A stretch of 64,000 nucleotides of DNA, taken from positions 2,450 to 66,449 of the forward strand of contig CAZBZO010000002.1 in assembly GCA_964496425.1 (NCBI GenBank). Direction: 5' to 3'. The stretch's first letter is position 1. Each line of letters starts with the position of its first letter. The DNA is from an uncultured Candidatus Saccharibacteria bacterium (GTDB lineage Bacteria; Patescibacteriota; Minisyncoccia; Phycocordibacterales; UBA9973). Below are positions 39,250 to 48,093 of this stretch, one piece after another. The translations under genes and the position numbers were made by a program. The notes beneath the pieces are model-generated. The model saw only the letters and a program-made list of their open reading frames with translations, was not told where the DNA came from and made no database searches.

Positions 39250-39306
39250 GTCCTATGGATGTACGTTCCCTGCCTGCGGCAGGCAGGGATTCCTGCCTGT
39301 GGCACA
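39250..39306 (+). pseudogene. Degenerate copy of the tRNA-Arg 3' half interrupted by a palindrome
   Basis: GATGTACGTTC-[CCTGCCTGCGGCAGGCAGG]-GATTCCTGCCTGTGGCACA versus tRNA GATGTACGTTCGATTCGTGCCGAGGGCACA. Confidence 0.65.
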
Positions 39307-39341
39307 TTGAAACTGCCTCATTTATATGATATTGTAGGCAC

Positions 39342-39638
39342 ATGGATCCAGAAATGAGGCGCTATTTGGAAGAGGGCCTCGTGCTTTTAAAAGAGAATAA
39401 TAAGATGCTCCATGAGATCCGTGGTTCTCAGCGACGAGGGCAGATCATAAAAGCGCTCTATTGGGCGGTGATTATCGCTGTCACAGTCGGTGGCTATCTT
39501 ATCGCCAAGCCATATTTGGATTCGGTGATGGGTTTATACACGCAGAATAAAGGAGTAGTGGATAGTTTGAAAACATTTAATACCGATGCACAAAACGGTG
39601 ACTTGCAAGAGTTGTTGAAAACACTGCAAGGGAATTAA
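39342..39638 (+). CDS. Small single-TM hypothetical protein
   Basis: 98 aa, ENNKML motif, one hydrophobic helix. Confidence 0.7.
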   Translation: MDPEMRRYLEEGLVLLKENNKMLHEIRGSQRRGQIIKALYWAVIIAVTVGGYLIAKPYLDSVMGLYTQNKGVVDSLKTFNTDAQNGDLQELLKTLQGN

Positions 39639-39647
39639 TTTAAATAT

Positions 39648-39720
39648 GCCAAGGTAGCTCAGTTGGTAGAGCATGTCCCTGAAGAGGATGTGGTCGGCGG
39701 TTCGAGTCCGCCCCTTGGCA
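39648..39720 (+). tRNA. tRNA-Phe(GAA)
   Basis: GCCAAGG/CCTTGGC stem, loop CTGAAGA, GGTTCGAGTCC. Confidence 0.93.
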
Positions 39721-39758
39721 CCGCAAAACAAAAAACTCCCCGTAGGGAGCTTTTTGGT

Positions 39759-40235
39759 TTATACAGATTTGATTCGAAGGAGTGTCTTTCGTCCTTTATC
39801 AATCTTTGGCAAGCGGATCATGAGCAGACCATGACGTTCGATAGCTTCTGCTTCTTCCGGCTCGACTTCTTGCGGGAGGGAAATAGTACGTGAAAAGCTA
39901 CCCCAGTAAAGCTCACGAATAAAAAAGTTGTCGTCAGCGATAGCTTTATTTTCTTCACGTTTGCCTTTGATGGTCACGAGATCTCGAGTGATATTGATCT
40001 GAAGATCCTCGGTCCGTACACCAGCCACCATTGTTTGTATGACTATGTCGGTCGCTGTTTGATACACGTCGACTGAAAGTTGACCTTCTTCACTTTCGTC
40101 AGTGGCCCAGGCGGGATTGCCGAGGCGTTCGCCTTTTTGGCCAAGTGGAGAGACTGGCTCTGCAAGCTCTTCATCTTCGAGACGAATGCCGCCAGTGATT
40201 TTTTCAAAAAAGGATCTTTTTTTCTTATTAAACAT
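39759..40235 (-). CDS. Hsp20/alpha-crystallin family protein
   Basis: VDVYQT, ELYWGSFSRTISLP, GLLMIRLPK. Confidence 0.92.
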   Translation of the reverse strand: MFNKKKRSFFEKITGGIRLEDEELAEPVSPLGQKGERLGNPAWATDESEEGQLSVDVYQTATDIVIQTMVAGVRTEDLQINITRDLVTIKGKREENKAIADDNFFIRELYWGSFSRTISLPQEVEPEEAEAIERHGLLMIRLPKIDKGRKTLLRIKSV

Positions 40236-40252
40236 AGTATAAGGATTTGGCT

Positions 40253-40969
40253 TCAGGCAAAATCTCCCATGCGCCGAAGTTTTTCAAATAGAAGCATTAT
40301 AATAATCGACACGACCCACAAAAACGCGAACACTTGCAGAAAGTTTATTCCGTTGTTTTCTATTATAAAGAAATTGAAGATACTGTGCAAGGCGACAGAG
40401 AAGATCACGCCGCCTACGCAATAGATAAACTTCACACCTTTGGATTGAAAGAAAGCAAGTCCGAGCGAAATACCGATCAAGGCGCTCGATGTGGCATGAA
40501 GTAAGGTGGCGCCCATAAAACGCAGGTTGCCGGTGAGGAGTGAGACCGTGGTGTCGTTGACGGTAATCGGGTAGATCAGGAAGAGTGCGTTTTCAAGTGC
40601 TGCGAAGCCCAAAGCGCAAGTAATGAAATAAATTGGGTAGTCGACTGGCTGGTCGACTTCTTGGCTTTTAAGGGCAATGATGAAGACTGCAGCAAACTTC
40701 ATGAGTTCTTCTGCTGCCGCCCAAAGGATAGTCAGGATGTTAGAGTCATTTGAAAGGGTAGCGATGAATTTTTCAACTGGCAAGACAAGAATCACTGCAA
40801 ACATACCCATGATGAAGGTCAGAAAGAGGAGTCCGGTTGGTTCGGGATTGTCTTTATCTTCGCGGAGCCAAAAGTGAAGCCAGAAAATAGCTGGCACCAT
40901 GCCGCCGGCCAAGGCGATCAGAAGTGTCGTCGGGTCGTTTGAAAATGCGACGTTGCTAAGACTGTTCAT
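40253..40969 (-). CDS. PrsW family intramembrane metalloprotease
   Basis: EELMK, GFAALEN, LLH, LHSIFN. Confidence 0.88.
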   Translation of the reverse strand: MNSLSNVAFSNDPTTLLIALAGGMVPAIFWLHFWLREDKDNPEPTGLLFLTFIMGMFAVILVLPVEKFIATLSNDSNILTILWAAAEELMKFAAVFIIALKSQEVDQPVDYPIYFITCALGFAALENALFLIYPITVNDTTVSLLTGNLRFMGATLLHATSSALIGISLGLAFFQSKGVKFIYCVGGVIFSVALHSIFNFFIIENNGINFLQVFAFLWVVSIIIMLLFEKLRRMGDFA

Positions 40970-43118
40970 TGTGAGTCGGCCAAGAGCTTGCGATTAATAA
41001 TCTGCTGTCTTTCTTTTGGCTTTCGGGCATCATGCTCCAGATCTCCTCTGTCACAAACGGCATAAAAGGATGGAGAGCCCTGATTAATATTTCATGTTGA
41101 GATTTTAAGATCCATTTGGCAGACTCCACGTTTTTTCCTTCAAGGATTTTTTTCTTACTGCGTTCTATTATTATATCAGCAAAGGTATGCCAGAAATAAT
41201 GATAGATTTTTTCTCCAGCTAGATAAAATTTGTACTCATTCATCTCAGTGGTGATGGTGTCGATAAGTGTACCCAGTTCGTCGACTGATTTTTGATCTTC
41301 TTCGTCATAGACTGGCATACTTTCTAAGTCATGCGTATTATCAAATACAAAGCGAGTCGCATTCCAGACCTTATTGGCAAATTTACCATACCCTTTAACA
41401 TCGTTTTCAGAAAGTTTGGAATCGTTGCCTGGACCTGTGCCGATAATCATCGCCATACGAAGTGCGTCGGCGCCGTATTTATCGACAAGTCCGACTGGGT
41501 CAACAATGTTGCCGAGAGATTTGCTCATCTTGCGGCCTTTCTCGTCGCGTACTAAACCATGGAGATATACAGTTTCAAACGGGATCTCGCCTAAAAGATA
41601 GGTACTCATCAAAATCATTCGTGCTACCCAGAAGAAAATAATATCGTAGCCAGTTTCAAGGACGGTTGTCGGATGGAATGTTTTTAGATCAGCTGTTTCG
41701 TCTGGCCAGCCGAGCGTGGAGAAGGTCCAGAGTCCGGACGAAAACCATGTATCGAGCGTATCTTCGTCTTGGATCCATCCTTCGCCAGTTGGAGCAATGA
41801 CTCCACAGTAAATTTCTTCACCTTTGTACCAGACCGGAATGCGATGCCCGTACCAGATCTGTCGAGAGATACACCAATCCCGAAGATTATTGATCCAGTT
41901 GAAGTACACACGTTCAAAGTGGTCGGGGAGTATGGTAATATTTTTATTTTCTACCGGAGCAAGCATGAGCTCTTTGAGGCTTTTATTGTCACGGTGTGCA
42001 ATCGGTTTGTTGACGTCGATAAACCACTGGTTCATGATCTGCGGCTCTATCGTAGCTCCAGTGCGTTCTGCTGTAGCAATGTTGTGAGTGTAGTCTTCAG
42101 TTTTTTCTACCAAGCCCTTTGCTCCTAGTTTTTCGATTATTTTTTCTCGAGCCTCGGTTATTTTTATACCAGCAAATTCTCCTGCGATCGGCAAGAGCTT
42201 GCCGTACTTATCAATGATTTGCTCTTTGTCGAGTTTGTGCCGTTCAGCGATCTCAAAGTCTATGACTGAATGCCATGGAGTGATTGTCATCACCCCTGTG
42301 CCAAACTCCATATCTATGGCTTCGTCTTTTATGATCGTGGCAGTGATCGGGCCATTGATCCATTCAAGCTCGATCTGTTGACCATGAGTATAGTCAGCAT
42401 ACCGTGTGTCGGCAGGATGCATGACGACGTATTTATCTCCAAACTTTGTTTCTGGTCGGGCGGTACCGATCGTGAACGGTCCATATTTCAAGTAATAGAA
42501 TTTTGTTTTTTCTTCCACATATACGAGCTCATCGTCGGAAATAACAGTCTGTCCTTTTGGATCCCAGTTGACGATGCGATGACCGCGATAAATAAGTTTA
42601 TCGTCATACATTTTTTTGAAGGCTGTGTAGACGGCACGCTCTCGAGGAGCGTCGAGGGTGAATGCTTCACGCGACCAATCAAGCGATGCTCCCATTTTTT
42701 TACATTGTCCGACGATGGTGTCGTGGCTCTCTTTTGCAAAAGCATCCACGCGCTTGAGGAATTCTTCTCGCCCTAAGTCAGTTTTTCGTTTACCTTCTTC
42801 TTTTTCGAGAATCTTTTCGACTTTTGACTGCGTAGCGATCGCCGCATGGTCGGTGCCAGGCAGCCACAGAGTGCGCTTGCCCTGCATACGAGCATAGCGA
42901 GTCATGATGTCTTCGATCACGAGCATAAGCGCATGGCCAGTGTGGAGAGTACCAGTGACGTTCGGCGGCGGCAAAACAATAGAGAAGGGCGTTGCGTCAG
43001 GCGCAGTGATGCCTTTTTGAACACAGATATCAGGATTAAAAAAACCTGAGTCTTCCCAGGCGGTATAGATCCTCGCCTCGGTCGCTTTGGGATCATAGGG
43101 TTTCAGCAATTTATCCAT
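40956..43118 (-). CDS. valS: Valine--tRNA ligase (no C-terminal coiled coil)
   Basis: PPPNVTGTLHTGH, DWCISRQIWYGHRIP, DTWFSS, KMSKS. Confidence 0.96.
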   Translation of the reverse strand: MDKLLKPYDPKATEARIYTAWEDSGFFNPDICVQKGITAPDATPFSIVLPPPNVTGTLHTGHALMLVIEDIMTRYARMQGKRTLWLPGTDHAAIATQSKVEKILEKEEGKRKTDLGREEFLKRVDAFAKESHDTIVGQCKKMGASLDWSREAFTLDAPRERAVYTAFKKMYDDKLIYRGHRIVNWDPKGQTVISDDELVYVEEKTKFYYLKYGPFTIGTARPETKFGDKYVVMHPADTRYADYTHGQQIELEWINGPITATIIKDEAIDMEFGTGVMTITPWHSVIDFEIAERHKLDKEQIIDKYGKLLPIAGEFAGIKITEAREKIIEKLGAKGLVEKTEDYTHNIATAERTGATIEPQIMNQWFIDVNKPIAHRDNKSLKELMLAPVENKNITILPDHFERVYFNWINNLRDWCISRQIWYGHRIPVWYKGEEIYCGVIAPTGEGWIQDEDTLDTWFSSGLWTFSTLGWPDETADLKTFHPTTVLETGYDIIFFWVARMILMSTYLLGEIPFETVYLHGLVRDEKGRKMSKSLGNIVDPVGLVDKYGADALRMAMIIGTGPGNDSKLSENDVKGYGKFANKVWNATRFVFDNTHDLESMPVYDEEDQKSVDELGTLIDTITTEMNEYKFYLAGEKIYHYFWHTFADIIIERSKKKILEGKNVESAKWILKSQHEILIRALHPFMPFVTEEIWSMMPESQKKDSRLLIASSWPTHNEQS

Positions 43119-43200
43119 GCGTTTACTATACCAATTTTTATTATTTTTCGTACTTTGACTTTCTCAATTAATATGGTATTTTTACAAAAATCTTCGTAAA

Positions 43201-43674
43201 ATGAAAAAATCAACACATGGAAACATTGCCGCAATTTACATTTGTTCTGTCGCTGGAGAACCAATGCAATTAGTGCAAGAAGTTGAAGCTATTGCTGGTA
43301 GTGGCCTAAAGGGTGATCGCTACAGTACGGCTGAAGGCAGCTTCAACAAAGGAAAGCAAGGGAACAGACAAGTAACCTTGATTAATGGAATGTTTTTTGA
43401 AAAAAGTGGTTTTGACTATATTGATAGCAGACGCAATATTGTTACGTTAGGTGTTGAGCTCATGTGGCTCATTGGCCGGGAATTTCAAGTCGGGACTGCG
43501 TATTTTCGTGGAGTAAAATACTGTGATCCCTGCGATCGACCAAGTAATCTTGCCACTAAAAAAATTAGTTTCAAAGAAGCATTCTTTGATCGTGGCGGTC
43601 TCATTGCCGAAATAATCGAAAGTGGTTTGATAAAGATTGGTGACCAAATTGTTCCGCCACCAAAAAACTACTAA
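43201..43674 (+). CDS. MOSC domain protein
   Basis: GLKGDRY, RQVTLI, RRNIV, CDPC, RGGL, IKIGD. Confidence 0.85.
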   Translation: MKKSTHGNIAAIYICSVAGEPMQLVQEVEAIAGSGLKGDRYSTAEGSFNKGKQGNRQVTLINGMFFEKSGFDYIDSRRNIVTLGVELMWLIGREFQVGTAYFRGVKYCDPCDRPSNLATKKISFKEAFFDRGGLIAEIIESGLIKIGDQIVPPPKNY

Positions 43675-43691
43675 ACAAGTATCCATTACTG

Positions 43692-43723
43692 GTCGCGCTG
43701 GCATTTAACCAGCGCGACTTTTT
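43692..43723 (+). terminator. Intrinsic terminator between convergent genes
   Basis: GTCGCGCTGG-CATTTAA-CCAGCGCGAC-TTTTT. Confidence 0.75.
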
Positions 43724-43732
43724 ATTTGGATT

Positions 43733-44983
43733 TTAATTTCCAAGTTGCAGGTTTCCCTGTGCAAGAATAGTTTTAGAAAATTTTTTCTTTGTACGAGATT
43801 GCATATAACCAGCAATGGCGATCATGAGGGAATTATCGCCGGTCATGTCGGAGCGGGGGAAGAGGACATTAATGTCTAATTTCAAATTACTAATTACTAA
43901 TTGAAGTTGCTTACAGAGGTGTTTGTTGGCAGCTACGCCTCCTCCGACGATCAGTGTTTTGATTTTATAGTGCTCAATAGCTTTACATGTTTTTGCGACC
44001 AAAACATCCACAACGGCATCCTCGAATTCTCGAGCGATTTCATTTTTTATACTATTGTTTTGTAAAATTGCGGGATTTGGTTTTTTTAAATCCCGAAGCA
44101 AGTAAAGAACAGCGGTCTTAAGACCCGAGAAAGAAAAATCGTAGTCTTTGCTGTGGATCATTGGGCGCGGCAGAGTAACTTGTAACATGTCACTTGTCAC
44201 ATGTGATTTTAGCTTTCTCGCTATTTCTCCAAGCTTGGAAATCTGCGGTCCACCGGGATAGGGAAGCTCGAGCATGCGAGCGACTTTGTCGAAGGCTTCG
44301 CCAGCTGCATCGTCGCGTGTTTGTCCGAGGATTTTATATGAGCCCCACTTTTTCATAAGTACAAGCTCGGTATGTCCGCCAGAGACCAGCAAAGAAAGTG
44401 CTGGAAACTCTAAATCCGAAATTCTAAATTCTAATTTTTTCGATCTTAGAGTTTCGAGCTTAGAGTTTTGTTTCTGTTTTTGTTGAGGAACAAAAACAGA
44501 AAAGACGTGTCCTTCCATGTGATTGACTGGCACGACGGGAACATTCCATAGTTTTGCCAACGCTTGAGCGAAGTTGATGCCGACCCAGAGTGCTGGTTCA
44601 AGCCCCGGACCGACAGTGACGGCAATAAGATCGATACTGGGTTTTTTTATCGTAGGAATAAATTGTAAAAAATGCTCCAGGAGTTCAGGCTCACGCGTAA
44701 GGGCGGATTTGAGTTGTGCGATTTGAGACTGAGATAATTCAGGACCGCCTTTTTTTATTTTTACGAACAACTTTGATTTTTTGAGAACTTTTTCAAAGAG
44801 GGGAATGAGAGCCTTGGCATGTTCTCGCTTGGCCATCATTGGGAAGACGCCACCATATTGTTCATGCAGTTTGGCTTGCGAAGCGACCAGGTTGGCCTCC
44901 ACAGTAAAGACACCTTTCTTGTCTACGCTTACAATCGAAAGGGCTGTTTCATCGCACGATGTTTCAATAGATAAAATTCGCAT
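43733..44983 (-). CDS. tsaD: t6A tRNA modification protein TsaD, with insertions
   Basis: IETSCDET, GPGL, NHMEGH, SGGHT, DDAAGEAFDK, FSFSGLKT, GGVAAN, DNSLMIA. Confidence 0.95.
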   Translation of the reverse strand: MRILSIETSCDETALSIVSVDKKGVFTVEANLVASQAKLHEQYGGVFPMMAKREHAKALIPLFEKVLKKSKLFVKIKKGGPELSQSQIAQLKSALTREPELLEHFLQFIPTIKKPSIDLIAVTVGPGLEPALWVGINFAQALAKLWNVPVVPVNHMEGHVFSVFVPQQKQKQNSKLETLRSKKLEFRISDLEFPALSLLVSGGHTELVLMKKWGSYKILGQTRDDAAGEAFDKVARMLELPYPGGPQISKLGEIARKLKSHVTSDMLQVTLPRPMIHSKDYDFSFSGLKTAVLYLLRDLKKPNPAILQNNSIKNEIAREFEDAVVDVLVAKTCKAIEHYKIKTLIVGGGVAANKHLCKQLQLVISNLKLDINVLFPRSDMTGDNSLMIAIAGYMQSRTKKKFSKTILAQGNLQLGN

Positions 44984-45004
44984 GTTCTATTAACTACTTA
45001 CTAT

Positions 45005-46540
45005 CTAAATTCCCCGCATGACTTCGATTTTGGCACCAAGAGTATTTAAGCGCCGAGCTAAATCAGCATAGCCACGGGTAATAGAATGCACATTGCGAAG
45101 CGTTGATACGCCTTCAGCTCCGAGCATGGCGATCAAGATAGAAGCTGATGGCCGGAGTGCGGGCGGGCAGATGATTTGGGCGCCACGAAGTTTGGTGCTG
45201 CCGGTAACGAGTGCTCGATGTTGATCAAGAAGTTTTACATCTGCACCTAAACGATTGAGTTCGGTAAAATAAATGGCTCGGTTTTCCCATGACCAATCAT
45301 GAATGAGGGTAGTGCCGGTAGCAATAGCAGAAATAGGCACAAAAAACGGCAGACTATCGTTTTGAAGTCCGGGAAAGGGTTGGGTGTGGAGCTTATCATG
45401 CAGTGCGTGCAATTTCGAAGGCGCAATAGTGATGTCGACAAGCTTCGTTTTGCCGTTTTTTGAAAGATACGGTGCACTTTGTGTGTACGACTGACCCATG
45501 CGAGAGAGTTTTTCAAGTTCAAGCTCGAGAAAATCAATCGGCACTCTTTTTATCGTGAGTGTCGAATGAGTCAGGATACCAGCTGCCAGGAAAAACATAC
45601 TTTCAATCGGATCTTCGCTATTGTAGTGTTCAACAGTTTGGTTTATGTCTGCGATACCGTGCACAATAAGTGTTGTCGTGCCGATACCTTCAATGACAAC
45701 GCCCATCTTTTCGAGTAAGAAACAGACATCTTGAACTTGATAGTTTGGCGGAGCAAACTTGATCGTTGTGGTACCAGGAATACGCGCAGCAGCCGCAATC
45801 ATACATATGGCTCCTGTGTCACTTGATTCGTAGAGAATGATCGTTCGATCTTTTTTGAGATTTTTTGGACGAGTAATGTGGTAGCCGTCCTCTTTGGTAG
45901 TGATTTTCACACCGAGCGTTTCCAGACCGTAGCGATTTGAAGAAATAGTACGCTCTCCCATTTTGCATCCACCAGCATGCGGAAAAACAAATTTATCTGC
46001 GTAGTGAATAAGACTACCAAGAAAGGTGGCACTTCTGGTTTTGGTAACTGCATCTCGATCGATATGATCAAATGTCATTTTTTTACCTGGTATGATTTCT
46101 ACGGTGTCTGCTGAAAGCCACCGTACCTCAACACCGAGACTTTTCATGATAGCAATGTAACGATACACTTCATCAATCTCTGGAATGCCATGGAGGATTG
46201 TTTTGCCGCGGTTGACTAATGCCGCACAGAACATATTGATTGCTCCATTTTTTGAAGTATTGGTGGTGATTGAGCCATGGAGCTTGCGGCCGCCGTAGAT
46301 TTTGAAATCAAGCGATTCTGACAAGCCGACAAGCTTGCGCTCCAGTACTTCACCGATCTTTGTGAGCTGTTCTAGGGTCAGATTTTGACCGCCTCTTTCC
46401 ATACGGGCGACCGCGCTTTGGGAGGTACCTAAGGCTTTGGCGAAATCGCTTTGAGTCATGGATTTTTCTTCGCGGAGTTTCTTTATTCGATCCCCAATTT
46501 TCTCGGAGTCGCTTTTCTGGGCTGTTTTTGTTGATGCCAT
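45005..46540 (-). CDS. murA: UDP-GlcNAc 1-carboxyvinyltransferase fused to an N-terminal XRE-type HTH domain
   Basis: N-terminal IKKLREEKSMTQSDFAKALGTSQSAVARMERG; SKNG, GGCKMGER (catalytic Cys loop), PFPG, ENR, ALR, RGY. Confidence 0.9.
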   Translation of the reverse strand: MASTKTAQKSDSEKIGDRIKKLREEKSMTQSDFAKALGTSQSAVARMERGGQNLTLEQLTKIGEVLERKLVGLSESLDFKIYGGRKLHGSITTNTSKNGAINMFCAALVNRGKTILHGIPEIDEVYRYIAIMKSLGVEVRWLSADTVEIIPGKKMTFDHIDRDAVTKTRSATFLGSLIHYADKFVFPHAGGCKMGERTISSNRYGLETLGVKITTKEDGYHITRPKNLKKDRTIILYESSDTGAICMIAAAARIPGTTTIKFAPPNYQVQDVCFLLEKMGVVIEGIGTTTLIVHGIADINQTVEHYNSEDPIESMFFLAAGILTHSTLTIKRVPIDFLELELEKLSRMGQSYTQSAPYLSKNGKTKLVDITIAPSKLHALHDKLHTQPFPGLQNDSLPFFVPISAIATGTTLIHDWSWENRAIYFTELNRLGADVKLLDQHRALVTGSTKLRGAQIICPPALRPSASILIAMLGAEGVSTLRNVHSITRGYADLARRLNTLGAKIEVMRGI

Positions 46541-46547
46541 ATTGTGG

Positions 46548-46571
46548 AAGTATATCATATATGATATACTT
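46548..46571. promoter_or_regulatory. Perfect 24-bp palindrome forming a bidirectional extended -10 promoter; candidate operator
   Basis: AAGTATATCATATATGATATACTT; TGATATACT on each strand lies 8 nt before the murA and murB ATGs. Confidence 0.75.
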
Positions 46572-46578
46572 GGCAAGT

Positions 46579-47607
46579 ATGATAGATATGCATCACAACG
46601 TCGCACTTGCTCGGTATTCAACGTTTCGAATGGGTAGTACGGCCGCATATTTTGCCAGTGTCTCGTCTTTGCCTGAAATAGAAGAGTGTCTTTCTTTTGC
46701 AGATGCTAATAATCTTCCCGTCATTGTGTTAGGCGGGGGATCCAATACAATATTTGCCTCAGTAGAGCCGCTCAATGCTTTCGTAATAAAAATAGATAGT
46801 AAGGGCAAAAAAATTATTTCTACAAATGAGAACAGTACGCTGGTGGAGATCGGAGCCGGGGAAAATTGGGACGATGTGGTGGCATGGAGCGTAGAAAATA
46901 ATCTCTCGGGAATTGAAATGCTCTCTGCCATACCTGGTACCTCTGGAGCTACCCCCATACAAAATGTTGGCGCATACGGTGGCGAGATCAAAAATGTCCT
47001 CGTATCACTTCGGGCCTACGATAGACATTCTCGTAGCGTTGTCACGCTTTCAAACACCGACTGTGGGTTTGGGTATCGCGATAGTATTTTTAAAAAAGAT
47101 GCTCGTGACCGTTATATTATTCTTAGTATTACTTTGCGACTATCTCCCCATGCACCCGAGGCTCCAGAGTACCCAGGTGTGAAGAAGTATTTTGATGAGA
47201 AGGGAATCGTTTCGCCCACTCTTTTGCAAATCCGTGAAGCTATTGTCGCCATCCGAGCCCATAAGCTGCCAGATCCCCGGGATATAGCATCGGTGGGTTC
47301 TTTTTTTAAGAACCCGTTTATAGAGACCCAAAAAGCGCTTACGCTCAAAACGAAGTATCCAACACTCGCTGTTTTCCCAGTAAGTGAAACTCAGGCGAAG
47401 ATAGGTGCGGGATCACTGCTTGATACGCTCGGACTTCGAGGAAAAGTATTTGGCAATTTGTCACTGTATGCCGGCAATGCATTAGTGATTGTAAACAATG
47501 GTCAGACGCGACCAGAAGAGCTTTTAGAACTCAAGGAGTACATTATTTCTGAAGTAGAAAAAAAATTCGGTATTACACTTGAACCTGAACCAGTGTTTGT
47601 GACTTGA
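46579..47607 (+). CDS. murB: UDP-N-acetylenolpyruvoylglucosamine reductase
   Basis: LGGGSN, IPGTSGATPIQNVGAYG, FGYRDSIFK, SVGSFFKNP, LEPEP. Confidence 0.95.
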   Translation: MIDMHHNVALARYSTFRMGSTAAYFASVSSLPEIEECLSFADANNLPVIVLGGGSNTIFASVEPLNAFVIKIDSKGKKIISTNENSTLVEIGAGENWDDVVAWSVENNLSGIEMLSAIPGTSGATPIQNVGAYGGEIKNVLVSLRAYDRHSRSVVTLSNTDCGFGYRDSIFKKDARDRYIILSITLRLSPHAPEAPEYPGVKKYFDEKGIVSPTLLQIREAIVAIRAHKLPDPRDIASVGSFFKNPFIETQKALTLKTKYPTLAVFPVSETQAKIGAGSLLDTLGLRGKVFGNLSLYAGNALVIVNNGQTRPEELLELKEYIISEVEKKFGITLEPEPVFVT

Positions 47608-47786
47608 TCATTGTGCGCGATAGAGGATTCGGTCACAGATAATTTTCTGCTGAAAATTTCCGCGAGTCTCCGACGACACGATCCTCTGATCGCCCGCCTC
47701 GCGCCGCCGCGCTTTGGCTTTCTCATCCCTTTCGCATCGCAATGATGCTCCACTCGAATAGTTCCCAACTATTCTCGTGGATCATT

Positions 47787-47990
47787 GTGCACCTTAGGAA
47801 TAAAATTACGAACCCTCCATATCTGGCAAATTTCCCAAACGGTGCTGCTATATCTACTGATTCTGGAAATAGTGCGCTTGGTACTGATCCAGAATTTTGG
47901 CAGAAAGTAAGGAATGACATAGTCACTCTCAGTGAGATTATAAAGGATAGTGGGAAAGAAGACAATGAGGAGGAATTGTCATTTCTAGCA
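47787..47990 (+). repeat. ~200-bp direct repeat, copy 1 (upstream of gajA-like gene)
   Basis: Aligns with 51343-51544; about 70 bp of the core (ATTTTGGCAGAAAGTAAGG...GAAGACAA) is identical. Confidence 0.92.
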
Positions 47991-48093
47991 CGTTATCCTG
48001 GGCAATGATTCTTTTTTTTGATTATTCTCATTCAAAAGTATTGAATTTAATAAATAGCTTTATCTGCAAGAGTAAAAATGCTAAATTGCATAT

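Noticed and set aside
40956-43118. Short valS (and short dnaX) as pseudogenes
   Set aside because: All catalytic motifs are present and the frames end cleanly; loss of C-terminal accessory domains fits a reduced genome.
46541-46648. Overlapping N-terminal extensions of murA and murB given in the ORF track
   Set aside because: Starts at 46540 and 46579 fit the domain boundaries and the symmetric -10 boxes, removing the overlap.
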